From positions 1 to 64,000 of IMG/VR virus record IMGVR_UViG_3300035088_000013: 64,000 bases of DNA, one strand, 5' to 3'. Positions 9,751 to 18,866 of this stretch are shown piece by piece; positions within the stretch are counted from its first letter, which is position 1; every line of letters starts with the position of its first letter. A program made the position numbers and the translations under genes. The DNA comes from a virus. The notes beneath the pieces are model-generated. The model made no database searches. It was not told where the DNA came from and saw nothing but the letters and a program-made list of their open reading frames with translations.

Positions 9751-10815
9751 TCATGCGACGGCGGTGAGGACACGGGCCGGGGTGCGGGCACCGGAGGCGA
9801 TCAGCCGGGCCAGCTCCCGGCCACGAGGACCGGGCACGTCACCCGCGGGCACCACCGGCTCCGGATCCACCACGGCCAAGGTCTCCGACCGGCACCTCCC
9901 GCACGTCCCTGACGGCTCCGAGGGGTGCCTACGGCACCGTTCCCGGTCCGGGTCGAGGTAGGCGATGGGTCCACGCACCCACGACGGCTCCGGGGCGCTG
10001 ACGGCCATCGTCGGCGGCCACCAGCTGATGAACCGGCGGGGGGAGCCGGTCTGGCCGTACGCGCCGGTGGCGGCGGCCCGGAGCACCTGGACGATCTCGT
10101 CGACCGCCCTACCCCGCCCGAGCAGGTCCAGCATCACGTGTTCGGTTGTCGGGGTGTCCCAACCCCCGGCCGCGGCCAGCTCGGCCGCCAGAGCCACCAG
10201 CGCGGGCGTCCGCCGGGGGTCGCCGTCGACCTCGAGGGCCGGTTGCGGTTCGGGTGCGGGTTCGGTCCCCCCCGGTTGCGGCGTGACCGGAGCGTGGGGG
10301 GTGGGGGGGGTTGGTTCTTTGGGTGGTTCAAGAACGGTTAGGCGGACGTCCACGTCCCCCCGGTCGGACGCCGACGTCCCCCCGGTTATGACGTCCACGT
10401 CCGCCCGGACGTCCACGTCCCCCCGATTTCCGGCGGCGACCGGGCGGACGTCCACGTCCCCCCGGTTCTGGGCCGGGGCCGGTTTGGCGGGGCGGCCGCT
10501 CTTGCCGGGGCGGGGCCGGGGCTCCCGTTTGAGGTGGGTGGCCAGGTTGTAGACCACGGGACGGCGGTCCGGCGGGATGTGCAGGACCATGCGCTGGTCG
10601 CCGGGCTCGATGAGTTTCAGGGCCTCGAGTTCCTCGAGGTCGCGGCGGACCGAGCGTTCGTTCTTGCGGGTGTACCAGGCGAGGGTTACCTGTGTGGGGA
10701 ACGCGCCCCGGCCGTCGTGGTCGGCGTGGTTCGCCAGGCCCATCAACGTCGCGACGAGGTGCTTGGGGAGGTCCGGGCAGTCCTCCAGTACCCACGCGAT
10801 CGCCTGGACGCTCAC
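9751..10815 (-). CDS. replication initiator-like protein with N-terminal winged HTH
   Basis: SVQAIAWV...LMGLANHAD..GRGAFPTQVTLA...RSVRRDLEELE, typical of actinophage replisome organisers; C-terminal CxxH/CxxC. Confidence 0.75.
   Translation of the reverse strand: MSVQAIAWVLEDCPDLPKHLVATLMGLANHADHDGRGAFPTQVTLAWYTRKNERSVRRDLEELEALKLIEPGDQRMVLHIPPDRRPVVYNLATHLKREPRPRPGKSGRPAKPAPAQNRGDVDVRPVAAGNRGDVDVRADVDVITGGTSASDRGDVDVRLTVLEPPKEPTPPTPHAPVTPQPGGTEPAPEPQPALEVDGDPRRTPALVALAAELAAAGGWDTPTTEHVMLDLLGRGRAVDEIVQVLRAAATGAYGQTGSPRRFISWWPPTMAVSAPEPSWVRGPIAYLDPDRERCRRHPSEPSGTCGRCRSETLAVVDPEPVVPAGDVPGPRGRELARLIASGARTPARVLTAVA
10341..10465. repeat. iteron-like repeats within the initiator gene (candidate ori)
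   Basis: several GGACGTCCACGTCCCCC copies (encoding RGDVDVR). Confidence 0.65.
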
Positions 10816-11182
10816 GCGCCCACGGCCGGGTGAGGGGCCGTGGTGACGGCCATTCTGACGTATATTTGTCGCATTTCGGACACCTTGATTCGGGTCAATG
10901 CCCCCTGTGCGTAAACACACGTGATCGGCGCGCCGTATGTCGCGAGTCGGATCCGGCACGGATCAGCTACACTCGAGGGCAAGCGCCGACCCCCGGTGTC
11001 ATCTGCTAGCCGGGAGCGTTTGTTCTCAACTGGATATTTGGCAGGGGCATCGAGCCCGCGCGCAGTAACGATTTCCTTTCCTTCGGGGTCGGATATTGAG
11101 TTGGTTAATCTCCTGCGCCACGGGTCGCCCACAACTGCCGTGCGGATAGCCGTTGAGAACGACGTGACCGGCCTTCGTAGAT

Positions 11183-11209
11183 CGGCCCCCCGCTAGCAAC
11201 GGGGGGCCG
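11183..11209. terminator. GC-rich hairpin
   Basis: CGGCCCCCCG-ctagcaa-CGGGGGGCCG. Confidence 0.5.
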
Positions 11210-11439
11210 GTTCTCGTTAGAGGACCGGATGTAGCGCTTGTTGCTCCCTCTCGTTGCTGGCCAGGGGCTTCGGTTCGCAAACTGGCCACGAGCGGGTTAC
11301 TTCCGTGTGGATATTACCTCTACCGGTGAGCCTCACCGCGTTGGTCCCTCCGGCGTGTTCGGACCCATTCAAGCAGCCCAACCGGACCAATACGGTCATA
11401 TCACGTTATATCAATACGCGGGGGTTGAGGTGCCCGGTA

Positions 11440-11868
11440 TTAGTCAATGGAACCGCGCGGCGCGATCCATTCCTGGCGCTGGCCGGTGACCGAGGCGATG
11501 TGCTCGAAGTCGGCGTCGTAATGCAGCACGATCGCACGGTGGATCTCGGCGACCGCCGCGGTGAGCAGGTCGAAGGATCCGGCGGCCCGATGCAGCCCCC
11601 GGTCGGCCATCAATCCCTGCACCTCGCGGGCCCGGTCGGCGACCTCCTGCGTGACGGGTAGCTCGATCATGAACTTGGCGCGTGTCGCGAGAACGTGGGC
11701 CACCTCTTGCGGCCGGGCGGAGAACCCGGCCTCCAGGTCCACGGTCAGGCACGTGGCGGCCACGCCCCGGTCGATCAGGTTCTCGATCAAGGCCCGGATC
11801 CGCGTGTCGGCCGTGACCCGTGCCGCTGCCGAGGTATCGATCAGAAACATGGTGCCGGGCAGCAGCAT
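11440..11868 (-). CDS. vapC: VapC PIN-domain toxin
   Basis: FLIDTSA, DLLTAAVA, VLHYDADF motifs. Confidence 0.92.
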   Translation of the reverse strand: MLLPGTMFLIDTSAAARVTADTRIRALIENLIDRGVAATCLTVDLEAGFSARPQEVAHVLATRAKFMIELPVTQEVADRAREVQGLMADRGLHRAAGSFDLLTAAVAEIHRAIVLHYDADFEHIASVTGQRQEWIAPRGSID

Positions 11869-12080
11869 CACCGGCGGGCCTGCTTCATGATCTCGGGGTT
11901 GCCGATGTCCTCACCCCAGAAGTCGAACATGCTGCGGACTTCCCGCTGGGCTTCCTGGCCGCGCCGGGCAGCGAGACCCAAGGCGGCATCGATGGTGTCG
12001 GTCTTGGTGGTGGTGCCCAGCTCACGCGCTGCGGCTGCCAGTTTGTCGTCGTCGATCTCGACGGTGGTCCGCGTCTTCAT
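11868..12080 (-). CDS. vapB: VapB antitoxin
   Basis: RTTVEIDDDKLAAAARELGTTTKTDTIDAAL; TGATG-coupled to vapC. Confidence 0.92.
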   Translation of the reverse strand: MKTRTTVEIDDDKLAAAARELGTTTKTDTIDAALGLAARRGQEAQREVRSMFDFWGEDIGNPEIMKQARR

Positions 12081-12129
12081 GCATACACTTTAACACACTC
12101 TATGTACCGGAACCCGCCCGGGTGTGGGG

Positions 12130-12729
12130 TCAGAACGGCGGGTCGCCAGCAGCCTCGCCCGGCGGTTGGCGGCGGGCGACCGCGGCCCACCCGGCACAGA
12201 ACAGGCCCGGCTGGCCGTCCATCCGGAACGGCACACCCCGGATGATCGGCGGCCGGTAGTCGTCCGGGGACCCGGCCACCTCCCGGCCGTCGGGGTGAAC
12301 CCACCGGGCCGGGCGGCGCATGCCTTGGTGGCACCAGAACACACTGCCGGACGACGGCAGCCCGAGCAGGGCCTCCTCCGTCCACCGTTCCGACCGTTCG
12401 GGGCTCCGCGGCCGGTACGCGCAGTCGTCACACATCCCGCCGGGGCGGACCTCGATCGCGGTCGCCGCGGTCAGCTCGACCGGGTCGGTTTGGGCGTCGT
12501 CGAACACCGGCTCCCAGCAGGTGCAGTACGCCGGGCCGGAGATCGTCTCACCCCAGCAGCAGCCGCGGAACTCGTCGTCGTCGGGGTGCTCGCGGGCCCA
12601 GATGATCGCCCCGCCGCAACCCTTGCCGTGCTCGACGAGGGACGCCACCTCCCGGGGTATGTCCACGCCCAGCCCCTTGGCGCGTTCGACCACCCGTGCC
12701 ACGGCCATCCGCTCGAAGTCACCAGCCAT
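12130..12729 (-). CDS. Cys-rich protein, DUF6283-like
   Basis: CDDCAYR...FWCH...CAGW pattern. Confidence 0.55.
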   Translation of the reverse strand: MAGDFERMAVARVVERAKGLGVDIPREVASLVEHGKGCGGAIIWAREHPDDDEFRGCCWGETISGPAYCTCWEPVFDDAQTDPVELTAATAIEVRPGGMCDDCAYRPRSPERSERWTEEALLGLPSSGSVFWCHQGMRRPARWVHPDGREVAGSPDDYRPPIIRGVPFRMDGQPGLFCAGWAAVARRQPPGEAAGDPPF

Positions 12730-12874
12730 ACCGCCACGTTAGGGGAGGATTACGGTCGTACGGCGGCAAGGCGGGGCGTACCGGGAGGCGTGGTGTGCGG
12801 GGATGTCCCGCACCCCCTTGTTCGAGTAGGGCATGAATCACGCCGGTACGCCCCCGTCCGTCTGCGCGATCGGG

Positions 12875-14152
12875 TCACGCGATGGTGTCCAGGTGCTCGT
12901 CGACCGCGGCCGCGGTGATGGGTTGCTGGCGTTGCGCGGCGCGGACCCGGTTGACCTGGACCCACTTGTCGACGCGCACTTCGGGTTGTGCGACGACGTC
13001 GTACGAGGGCCGGTGCTCCGGGTCCAAAGTCCAGTAGCCGAGGTTCCGGTTGTGGGTCGCCTTGTACTCCGGCATCCGGCGCTGCCGGGAAGCGACCTCG
13101 TACTCCCCGTACGTGCCGGTCGGCACCCCCTCGAGCAGCAGCTTCGACTGTTCGTAGGCGGCCTTCGCACCGGCGGACGCCTTCTGCAGCTCCCACACCG
13201 TCCCGGCGGCCCACGCGATCGTCACGGTGTCAGGGTCCTCACCGAGCGCCACCCACGACTCCGGCGACCGCCCGGCCGCCGCCGCCTCCTCGGTCTGCCA
13301 GCAGTGGTTCAGCGCCGGGCACGACGTGCACCGCCAGTCCGACGGCCCGGCCCCGTCCCGGGGCGGGGTGACCCCGAGCTCGAGCGAGTCGGCGAGGGCC
13401 AGCAGCGGCTCGAGGGCGCGCTGGGCGCGGGCGGGGTCGTACAGGTACCAGAACGACTCCTCGTCGCCGGGGGCACGGCGGACGCCGAGGATGCACACCC
13501 GGTTCACCGGCCAGCCTGCCGCTTCCAACGCGAGGCCGTAGATCATCGCCTGGTCGACGGCCTCGTCGGGGGGGCCGTAGTCGCCGACCTGTTCCCACTT
13601 CCACTCGCCGAACGTCTTGTAGTCGATGACGGTGCCGGTGATCGGGTCGTACTCGTCCAGGTACGCGGACCCCTCGAGGCCGGGTACTTCGAGGCGCATG
13701 TCGTAGTGCCGCCACGGGTACCGCCACGCCCGCGCGCGGGCGGCCTTGTCGTGGAACGCGGTCCCCATCGTCGCCGCCCGGCGGGGGATGCCGGTCCGGG
13801 GGGTGTAGTCGCCGGGTGGGGTCTCCCGGTACCACACCTGGCGTCGGCACTTGCCGACATCCGACACCCGCGGGCCCGGGGGCCGGTCCCCGGCCCCGGC
13901 CCGGCGTAGGGCGTACAGATGGTCGTCGTAGGCGGCCATGTCCTCCAACAGCGACGCGTGGTCGGCCTCAGCGGCCTGCTGGGCGAGCAGATCGGCCGGA
14001 TCGTGGGTGTACCCGGCACACCCGTCCGGTGGCCCGTCCTGGTGCGAATGCCAGGCTTGGCCGCACACGCACGGGCACTCGCGGGGGCCGATCGGCCACC
14101 CGGCGGCGGCGATGTTCGCCGCGGCCACCTGCACGTCGGTCATGCCGGTCAC
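12875..14152 (-). CDS. Cas4-like / RecE-type PD-(D/E)XK exonuclease
   Basis: SDVGKCRRQ, GTAFH, D...IDYKT, QxxxY, C-terminal CxxCxxxxxC; coupled to RecT. Confidence 0.85.
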   Translation of the reverse strand: MTGMTDVQVAAANIAAAGWPIGPRECPCVCGQAWHSHQDGPPDGCAGYTHDPADLLAQQAAEADHASLLEDMAAYDDHLYALRRAGAGDRPPGPRVSDVGKCRRQVWYRETPPGDYTPRTGIPRRAATMGTAFHDKAARARAWRYPWRHYDMRLEVPGLEGSAYLDEYDPITGTVIDYKTFGEWKWEQVGDYGPPDEAVDQAMIYGLALEAAGWPVNRVCILGVRRAPGDEESFWYLYDPARAQRALEPLLALADSLELGVTPPRDGAGPSDWRCTSCPALNHCWQTEEAAAAGRSPESWVALGEDPDTVTIAWAAGTVWELQKASAGAKAAYEQSKLLLEGVPTGTYGEYEVASRQRRMPEYKATHNRNLGYWTLDPEHRPSYDVVAQPEVRVDKWVQVNRVRAAQRQQPITAAAVDEHLDTIA

Positions 14153-15282
14153 GACCCGGCCCCCAACAGCTCGTCGAGGGCTACGATCCGGTCCCCGGCC
14201 GCGGTGTACCGGTCGGCCTGCTCATCCTGCCCGGCCTTACGCAGCGCCTCGGCGACCACCGGCCGGTACCGCAGCATGAGTTCGATGACCTCTTGCGGGG
14301 TGGCGGTGGTGAAGTCCTGGCCGCCGCGGGCGGCCCGCCACCGCCGGGTGATCCAGTCGAGATCCTTCCCGAGGACCCCGGCCTGCCACGCCAGCTCCGC
14401 CCGGGCCAGCTCCCCCCGCACATCATCGGCGGTGGTGTCGACGGCGGTGCCGTCGATGACCCGTTCCCGGGTGGCCGGGGGGTTCGCCTTGGTGTAGGCG
14501 GCCCGGCGTCGCTCGGCGGCGGCGTCGCGTTCCGCTTCGGCCTGTTTGCTGGCCTCGGACTCCTGCTCCGCGTCGGCGCGCATCTTGGCGGTCTCCTCCG
14601 GCACGTAGTAGCCGGAGAACGTGTTCGGCCACGCCGCCCGCAGGGACGCCGCCTCGGCGCACTTGACCAGCATCACCAAAGGTTTGCCGCCCCGGGAGGC
14701 GGGTTTCCAGTTCGCGATCGGGACCCGCTTGCCGGTGGCCACCCACCGGCCACGGTCGTCTTGGGTCTTCTCGGCCTGCATCGGGCAGTACTCGTCCCAG
14801 AACACCGGCCGGGACACGGCTTCGACGAACCCGGCCCGGTACACGCCGACCTTCGCGGCCAGGGGTGGTTCGGGGCTGGTCCACACGTCTTTCCAGACGC
14901 CGTCGGGGCCGCAGAACATCGGGGGTGCCTGGCCACGGTACTCCTTGGTCTCCTCAGCCTTACGGCGCAGGCCCTCGATCCCGACGTGCCGGATGTACTT
15001 CCCGGCGATGCGGTAGAGCATCGCCTCTTTCGCGTAGGGGTCGAAGCCGCGTTTACGGCAGTCGACCAGAAACGCGATCACCTCGCCGAGGTCGTAGTCG
15101 GCTTCGATGCCGAGGGGGCCGAGCAGCCGCATCTGGTCGGCGTCGAGGTGTTTCTGGGCGCGGGCGAACCGCAGCGGCAGGCCGTCGACGTGGGTGGGGA
15201 TGACGATGGTGTCGCCGTCCAGGGTCGCCACCGATTCGCGGCGGGCGACCGTGGTGGTGTCGGTTGGGGTGGTCTCGGTCAC
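14149..15282 (-). CDS. RecT/Bet single-strand annealing recombinase
   Basis: CRKRGFDPYAKE, GIEGLRRKA, MLVKCAEAASLRAAWP...YVPEE. Confidence 0.9.
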   Translation of the reverse strand: MTETTPTDTTTVARRESVATLDGDTIVIPTHVDGLPLRFARAQKHLDADQMRLLGPLGIEADYDLGEVIAFLVDCRKRGFDPYAKEAMLYRIAGKYIRHVGIEGLRRKAEETKEYRGQAPPMFCGPDGVWKDVWTSPEPPLAAKVGVYRAGFVEAVSRPVFWDEYCPMQAEKTQDDRGRWVATGKRVPIANWKPASRGGKPLVMLVKCAEAASLRAAWPNTFSGYYVPEETAKMRADAEQESEASKQAEAERDAAAERRRAAYTKANPPATRERVIDGTAVDTTADDVRGELARAELAWQAGVLGKDLDWITRRWRAARGGQDFTTATPQEVIELMLRYRPVVAEALRKAGQDEQADRYTAAGDRIVALDELLGAGS

Positions 15283-15488
15283 GGGCGTATTGTCTCGCTC
15301 AGGCATGACATGTCCATAAATGTCAACGTCCCGTGTGGACCCCTCGGACGTGACGGTGCTACCGTCACGCACGACGAGAGTCCCTTGCACGGCACTCGTC
15401 GGGCAACAACACCGATGCCTCGCCGGACCGTCACGCAAGTACCTGGGCAGGTACGTGACGACCCCCTGGCGGGGCATCGCTCATTTCT

Positions 15489-15884
15489 TCAGGCGGCCTT
15501 ACGCGCCCGGTCCTTGTTCCGGTCGCGGTAGTACAGCGGGGTGACACCGTCGGCGGCCAGCTTGCCGGTCTGCATCGCCCACCTCACGATCTCGTTGAGC
15601 GGCCACCACGGTTCCTCGAACGCCTCGCCCCCGGTGCCCGCGGTCACGGGCCTGCCCATGATGCGGTCCTCGGTGGTGCGGTAGCCGGACGGCTCCGGGA
15701 TGTCCGACGGGCGGGCGTGGCCGGTGTCCCGGATCCGGCGGCGGCGGCGGGCCAGGGCCACCCGCAGCGATTGCCGGTCACGGTCGATCATCCGGCTGAT
15801 CCGGTGGTAGGAGACCGGGGTGGTGTCGGCGAGCAGGGCCGCCAGACGCTTCGTGTCCGCCGTCGTCGGCGGGGTAGGGGTCAT
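15489..15884 (-). CDS. putative DNA-binding regulator (AlpA/Xis-like)
   Basis: HTH-like N-terminus and PWWPLNEIVRWA; own promoter and RBS. Confidence 0.55.
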   Translation of the reverse strand: MTPTPPTTADTKRLAALLADTTPVSYHRISRMIDRDRQSLRVALARRRRRIRDTGHARPSDIPEPSGYRTTEDRIMGRPVTAGTGGEAFEEPWWPLNEIVRWAMQTGKLAADGVTPLYYRDRNKDRARKAA

Positions 15885-15922
15885 CGTTCTCGTGTCCTCT
15901 CTCCGTCACGGGTGACACCACA

Positions 15923-15957
15923 ACCATACGTCCCTATCCCCCGTACATGTCAACAGG
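15923..15957 (-). promoter_or_regulatory. SigA-type promoter
   Basis: CCTGTTGACA-19-TATGGT. Confidence 0.65.
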
Positions 15958-15962
15958 GGTTT

Positions 15963-16331
15963 TCAGGTGGTGGCCGGTTCCTCCAGGCCCGGCAGCATCG
16001 CCCGTGCCTCGTCGGCCGGGAGGTGCCGCCACCGGGGATGCAGCGCCCCGTCCAGAGCCACCGTGGAGTACCGGTTGCCCTCGGGGTTGTCCGGGTAGTG
16101 CTCGATCACCCCCAGCACGTCATCCGGGTAGGCGCGTTCCAGCTCCAGCAGGATCGCCTGGGCGGCGTTCGTGATAGACGTACCAGGGTCGTCCTGGCGT
16201 TCGGTGAGCACCGCCACGACCGACCCGGGGGCGGCCCGCCACACCCGCAGGCGGCGGCGGGCCACCCCGTGGTAGCCGGGGTACGTCCACAGCTCGTCGC
16301 GCTCGAGCACGAATCCGCTGTCCTCTGCCAT
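15963..16331 (-). CDS. hypothetical protein
   Basis: GAGAGG RBS; VVAVLTERQDDPGTSITNAA motif. Confidence 0.75.
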   Translation of the reverse strand: MAEDSGFVLERDELWTYPGYHGVARRRLRVWRAAPGSVVAVLTERQDDPGTSITNAAQAILLELERAYPDDVLGVIEHYPDNPEGNRYSTVALDGALHPRWRHLPADEARAMLPGLEEPATT

Positions 16332-16396
16332 GGCGTTTCCTCTCGTCGCGCGGCGGGTCCGTCCCGTTTAGCGGCGGGACCTCTCCCACCATACAT

Positions 16397-16430
16397 AAGC
16401 TAACATCTTCACCCCGTGTAAGTCAACAGG
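16397..16430 (-). promoter_or_regulatory. SigA-type extended -10 promoter, back-to-back with repeat copy 4
   Basis: CCTGTTGACT-18-(TGT)TAGCTT. Confidence 0.75.
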
Positions 16431-16458
16431 ATGTGGCGTGGCGCACACGCCTGGAATC

Positions 16459-16526
16459 CCTGTTGACATCACGCGGGAAGTGGTGTTTACTTGTCTTGTA
16501 AGCGAGGGAACGAGGGAGGCACCGAG
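16459..16526 (+). promoter_or_regulatory. repeated element, copy 4 (no hairpin)
   Basis: CCTGTTGACA-15-TGTTTACTTGTCTTGTAAGCG...GGGAGG. Confidence 0.85.
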
Positions 16527-16844
16527 ATGATCTACTACCGGACCGCTAAGGGAAGCCACAAGCACACGAACTACTCCTGCGCGAACCTGCGTCGCCAGAT
16601 CCAAACCGGCCCGGTCACCGAGATCCCCGCGAACGAGGTCACGGAATGGACCCCCTGCGAGCACTGCTGCCCCACCGGCGAGGTCGCGGAAGCGGCGGCG
16701 AAGGCGGCGGCGAAGACCGCGGCGATGTGCGCGAACGTCGGGGTCGTCAAGCCCCGGCACATCGAGTCGGAGTGCCGGTCCTGCGGCAAGCGGGGCAAGG
16801 TCGACCGGCGGACCGGCAAGCTGCGGGCGCACAAGGCGGCGTGA
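16527..16844 (+). CDS. small Cys-rich basic protein
   Basis: ATG after element; CEHCC, CRSC. Confidence 0.8.
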   Translation: MIYYRTAKGSHKHTNYSCANLRRQIQTGPVTEIPANEVTEWTPCEHCCPTGEVAEAAAKAAAKTAAMCANVGVVKPRHIESECRSCGKRGKVDRRTGKLRAHKAA

Positions 16845-16848
16845 CCCG

Positions 16849-16868
16849 GTGCCGGGGAAACCCGGCAC
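16849..16868 (+). terminator. hairpin insulating the next cassette
   Basis: GTGCCGGG-GAAA-CCCGGCAC between stop and copy 5. Confidence 0.65.
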
Positions 16869-16872
16869 GGTA

Positions 16873-16960
16873 CCTGTTGACATCACGTAGGTTCTGGTGT
16901 TTACTTGTCTTGTGAGCGCGGGGGGCTGGAGCCCCCGCCCCGATCCCCCTGGGAGCCATC
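16873..16960 (+). promoter_or_regulatory. repeated element, copy 5
   Basis: full consensus. Confidence 0.9.
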
Positions 16961-17182
16961 ATGATCCAGCACCACCGCGCGAACGTGATCGTCAAGCAGA
17001 TCCGCGCGAACGGCTACGCCGACCTGGTCCTCAACGGGCAGGTCATCCGGACCGGCTTCCAAGGCTCCGGGCACGCCGAGCTGGTCATGGTGGGCGGCGG
17101 CTACTACTCGGTGCGCACCCTGGATGGTCACCGGATCGAGATCGGCAAGGGTGAGCTGATCGCGGTGCAGCACGCCGAGTGA
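16961..17182 (+). CDS. small hypothetical protein
   Basis: ATG after element. Confidence 0.8.
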   Translation: MIQHHRANVIVKQIRANGYADLVLNGQVIRTGFQGSGHAELVMVGGGYYSVRTLDGHRIEIGKGELIAVQHAE

Positions 17183-17196
17183 CACCGCGGCGGCGG

Positions 17197-17220
17197 GAAG
17201 CCTCGGAACCTCGAGGCTTC
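17197..17220 (+). terminator. hairpin
   Basis: GAAGCCTCG-gaacct-CGAGGCTTC. Confidence 0.6.
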
Positions 17221-17305
17221 CTGTTGACGTCACGTGCGGCATGGTGTTTACTTGTCTTGTGAGCGCGGGGGGCTGGAGCCCCCGCCCGACCCGAGAGGCA
17301 ACCCG
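17220..17305 (+). promoter_or_regulatory. repeated element, copy 6
   Basis: CCTGTTGACG-15-TGTTTACTT plus hairpin plus GAGAGG. Confidence 0.9.
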
Positions 17306-17950
17306 ATGATCGAGAACCTGACCACCGCGACCCCCACCGAGATCGACACCGCGATCGCCGCCCTGCACCACTCCCTGGCGAAGGCCGACCACAAGCGGAC
17401 CTCGTCGATCGGCTACCTGCACGACATCGCCAAGACCCGCAAGTACCGGCCCTCGACCTGGACCAACCGGAAGTCCGGCTACGACTACACCGCCACCGAC
17501 GCCGAGGCGATCGCGATCCTGACCGACGCGATCGAGGCGGCCGACGCGGGTACCTACACCGGCCCGATCTCCACCTACGACCTGAAGTACGGAAGCGCCA
17601 AGAAGCACCTGGAGGCCATCCCCGCACTGGAAGCGGAGATCGCGAAGATCAAAACGGAGATCAACCGGCTCGAGGGCGAATGGTCGGCCCGGCCGTGGTC
17701 GCGGTTCTTCCTGGTCACCTCGAGCACCGGCCACATCCACTCGTCGATGGGGTGCTCGACCTGCCGGATCACCACCACCTACGGATGGCTGCCGGAGATG
17801 TCCGGCAAGAGCGAGGCGGACGCGATGGAGCACCTGGACACCATCGGCGCGGGCCGCTCGACCCTGTGCTCGGTGTGCTTCCCGGACGCCCCGGTCGGGG
17901 ACACCCGGACCAAGGTCACCAAGGCGAAGGCGGCGAAGCTGGCCGCCTGA
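17306..17950 (+). CDS. conserved actinophage hypothetical protein
   Basis: WSRFFLV..GHIHSSMGCSTC...LCSVCFPDAP. Confidence 0.85.
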   Translation: MIENLTTATPTEIDTAIAALHHSLAKADHKRTSSIGYLHDIAKTRKYRPSTWTNRKSGYDYTATDAEAIAILTDAIEAADAGTYTGPISTYDLKYGSAKKHLEAIPALEAEIAKIKTEINRLEGEWSARPWSRFFLVTSSTGHIHSSMGCSTCRITTTYGWLPEMSGKSEADAMEHLDTIGAGRSTLCSVCFPDAPVGDTRTKVTKAKAAKLAA

Positions 17951-17960
17951 CCCCGCCGGG

Positions 17961-17986
17961 GGGTGGCCGGGGAAACCCGGCCACCC
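17961..17986 (+). terminator. hairpin
   Basis: GGGTGGCCGGG-GAAA-CCCGGCCACCC. Confidence 0.65.
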
Positions 17987-17988
17987 AG

Positions 17989-18069
17989 CCTGTTGACATG
18001 ACTCGTGGTTTGATGTTTACTAATTACGGCGGGGAAGGACCCCAGCCCCCGACCCCGGAGGAGCAACCG
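17989..18069 (+). promoter_or_regulatory. repeated element, copy 7 (divergent hairpin)
   Basis: CCTGTTGACA-15-TGTTTACTAA; GGAGGAG RBS. Confidence 0.8.
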
Positions 18070-18378
18070 ATGACCGACACCACCTGCCGCCATTCTTGGG
18101 TGGCCGGGATGATGTACGTCCACGACGAAGACCTGGCGACTGTCGCCGCCGTCCGCACCGTCGAGTGCGAGCACTGCGACGTCACCGTCGGACCCGGCAC
18201 CAGCTCCCTCGAGCTGGATCACCTGCGCGGACTCGCCGGACGGGAACCCGACGTCATCGTCTCCCAGCGGGAGCACGAGTCACTGCGGGAAACCGCGCAC
18301 CTGCTGTCCACGCCCGCCAACGCGCGCCGCCTGCTCGCCGCCGTAGAACGGCTCGACGACGGAAAGGCGCAGCGGTGA
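18070..18378 (+). CDS. Zn-finger-like N-terminus fused to a YefM/Phd antitoxin C-terminal domain
   Basis: AGREPDVIVSQREHESLRETAHLLSTPANARRLLAAVERL matches the YefM C-terminal half. Confidence 0.75.
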   Translation: MTDTTCRHSWVAGMMYVHDEDLATVAAVRTVECEHCDVTVGPGTSSLELDHLRGLAGREPDVIVSQREHESLRETAHLLSTPANARRLLAAVERLDDGKAQR

Positions 18379-18560
18379 AGACGGCCGAGCAGATCCGCGC
18401 ACGGATGGCGACGTTGGAACAGATGACGGGGAACGCCCGGGCGACCAAGACGGCGCGGGTGATCTGGACGTCCCAGGCGGAGGCGTTGCGCTGGGCGCTG
18501 GGGGAGGTCGACCGCGAGGACATGAGTTTGATGGCCGACCTGGACCGGCAGGGAAAGTAA
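18375..18560 (+). CDS. small hypothetical protein
   Basis: GTGA-coupled. Confidence 0.65.
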   Translation: MKTAEQIRARMATLEQMTGNARATKTARVIWTSQAEALRWALGEVDREDMSLMADLDRQGK

Positions 18561-18566
18561 CCGGAT

Positions 18567-18656
18567 CCTGTTGACATCCCGTGAGTGATCGTGTTTACTT
18601 GACTTGTGAGCGCGGGGGGCTGGAGTCCCCGCCCCGACCCCGGAGAGGCAATCCCC
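18567..18656 (+). promoter_or_regulatory. repeated element, copy 8
   Basis: full consensus, hairpin with one G-U pair (GGAGTCCCC). Confidence 0.9.
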
Positions 18657-18866
18657 ATGATCAGCACCCTCGACCAGCTCCGCCACACCGCCGCCGAGAA
18701 GCGGGTGCGGATCATCGCCCGCCCGAACGAGACGTTCATCCTGCGCGACGCCCACACCGGCGACCACATCGCCACGGCCCACGGTTTCGACCAGCTCACC
18801 GAATCCCTCAACTGGGTCGACCACCCCGGCCAGGTCGACCCGGACGCGATGGGAACGGGCGCGTGA
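18657..18866 (+). CDS. small hypothetical protein
   Basis: ATG after element. Confidence 0.75.
   Translation: MISTLDQLRHTAAEKRVRIIARPNETFILRDAHTGDHIATAHGFDQLTESLNWVDHPGQVDPDAMGTGA

Noticed and set aside
12875-14152. Cas4 as part of a CRISPR-Cas system
   Set aside because: It is coupled to RecT/Bet, the usual phage exonuclease-recombinase arrangement; no cas1/cas2.
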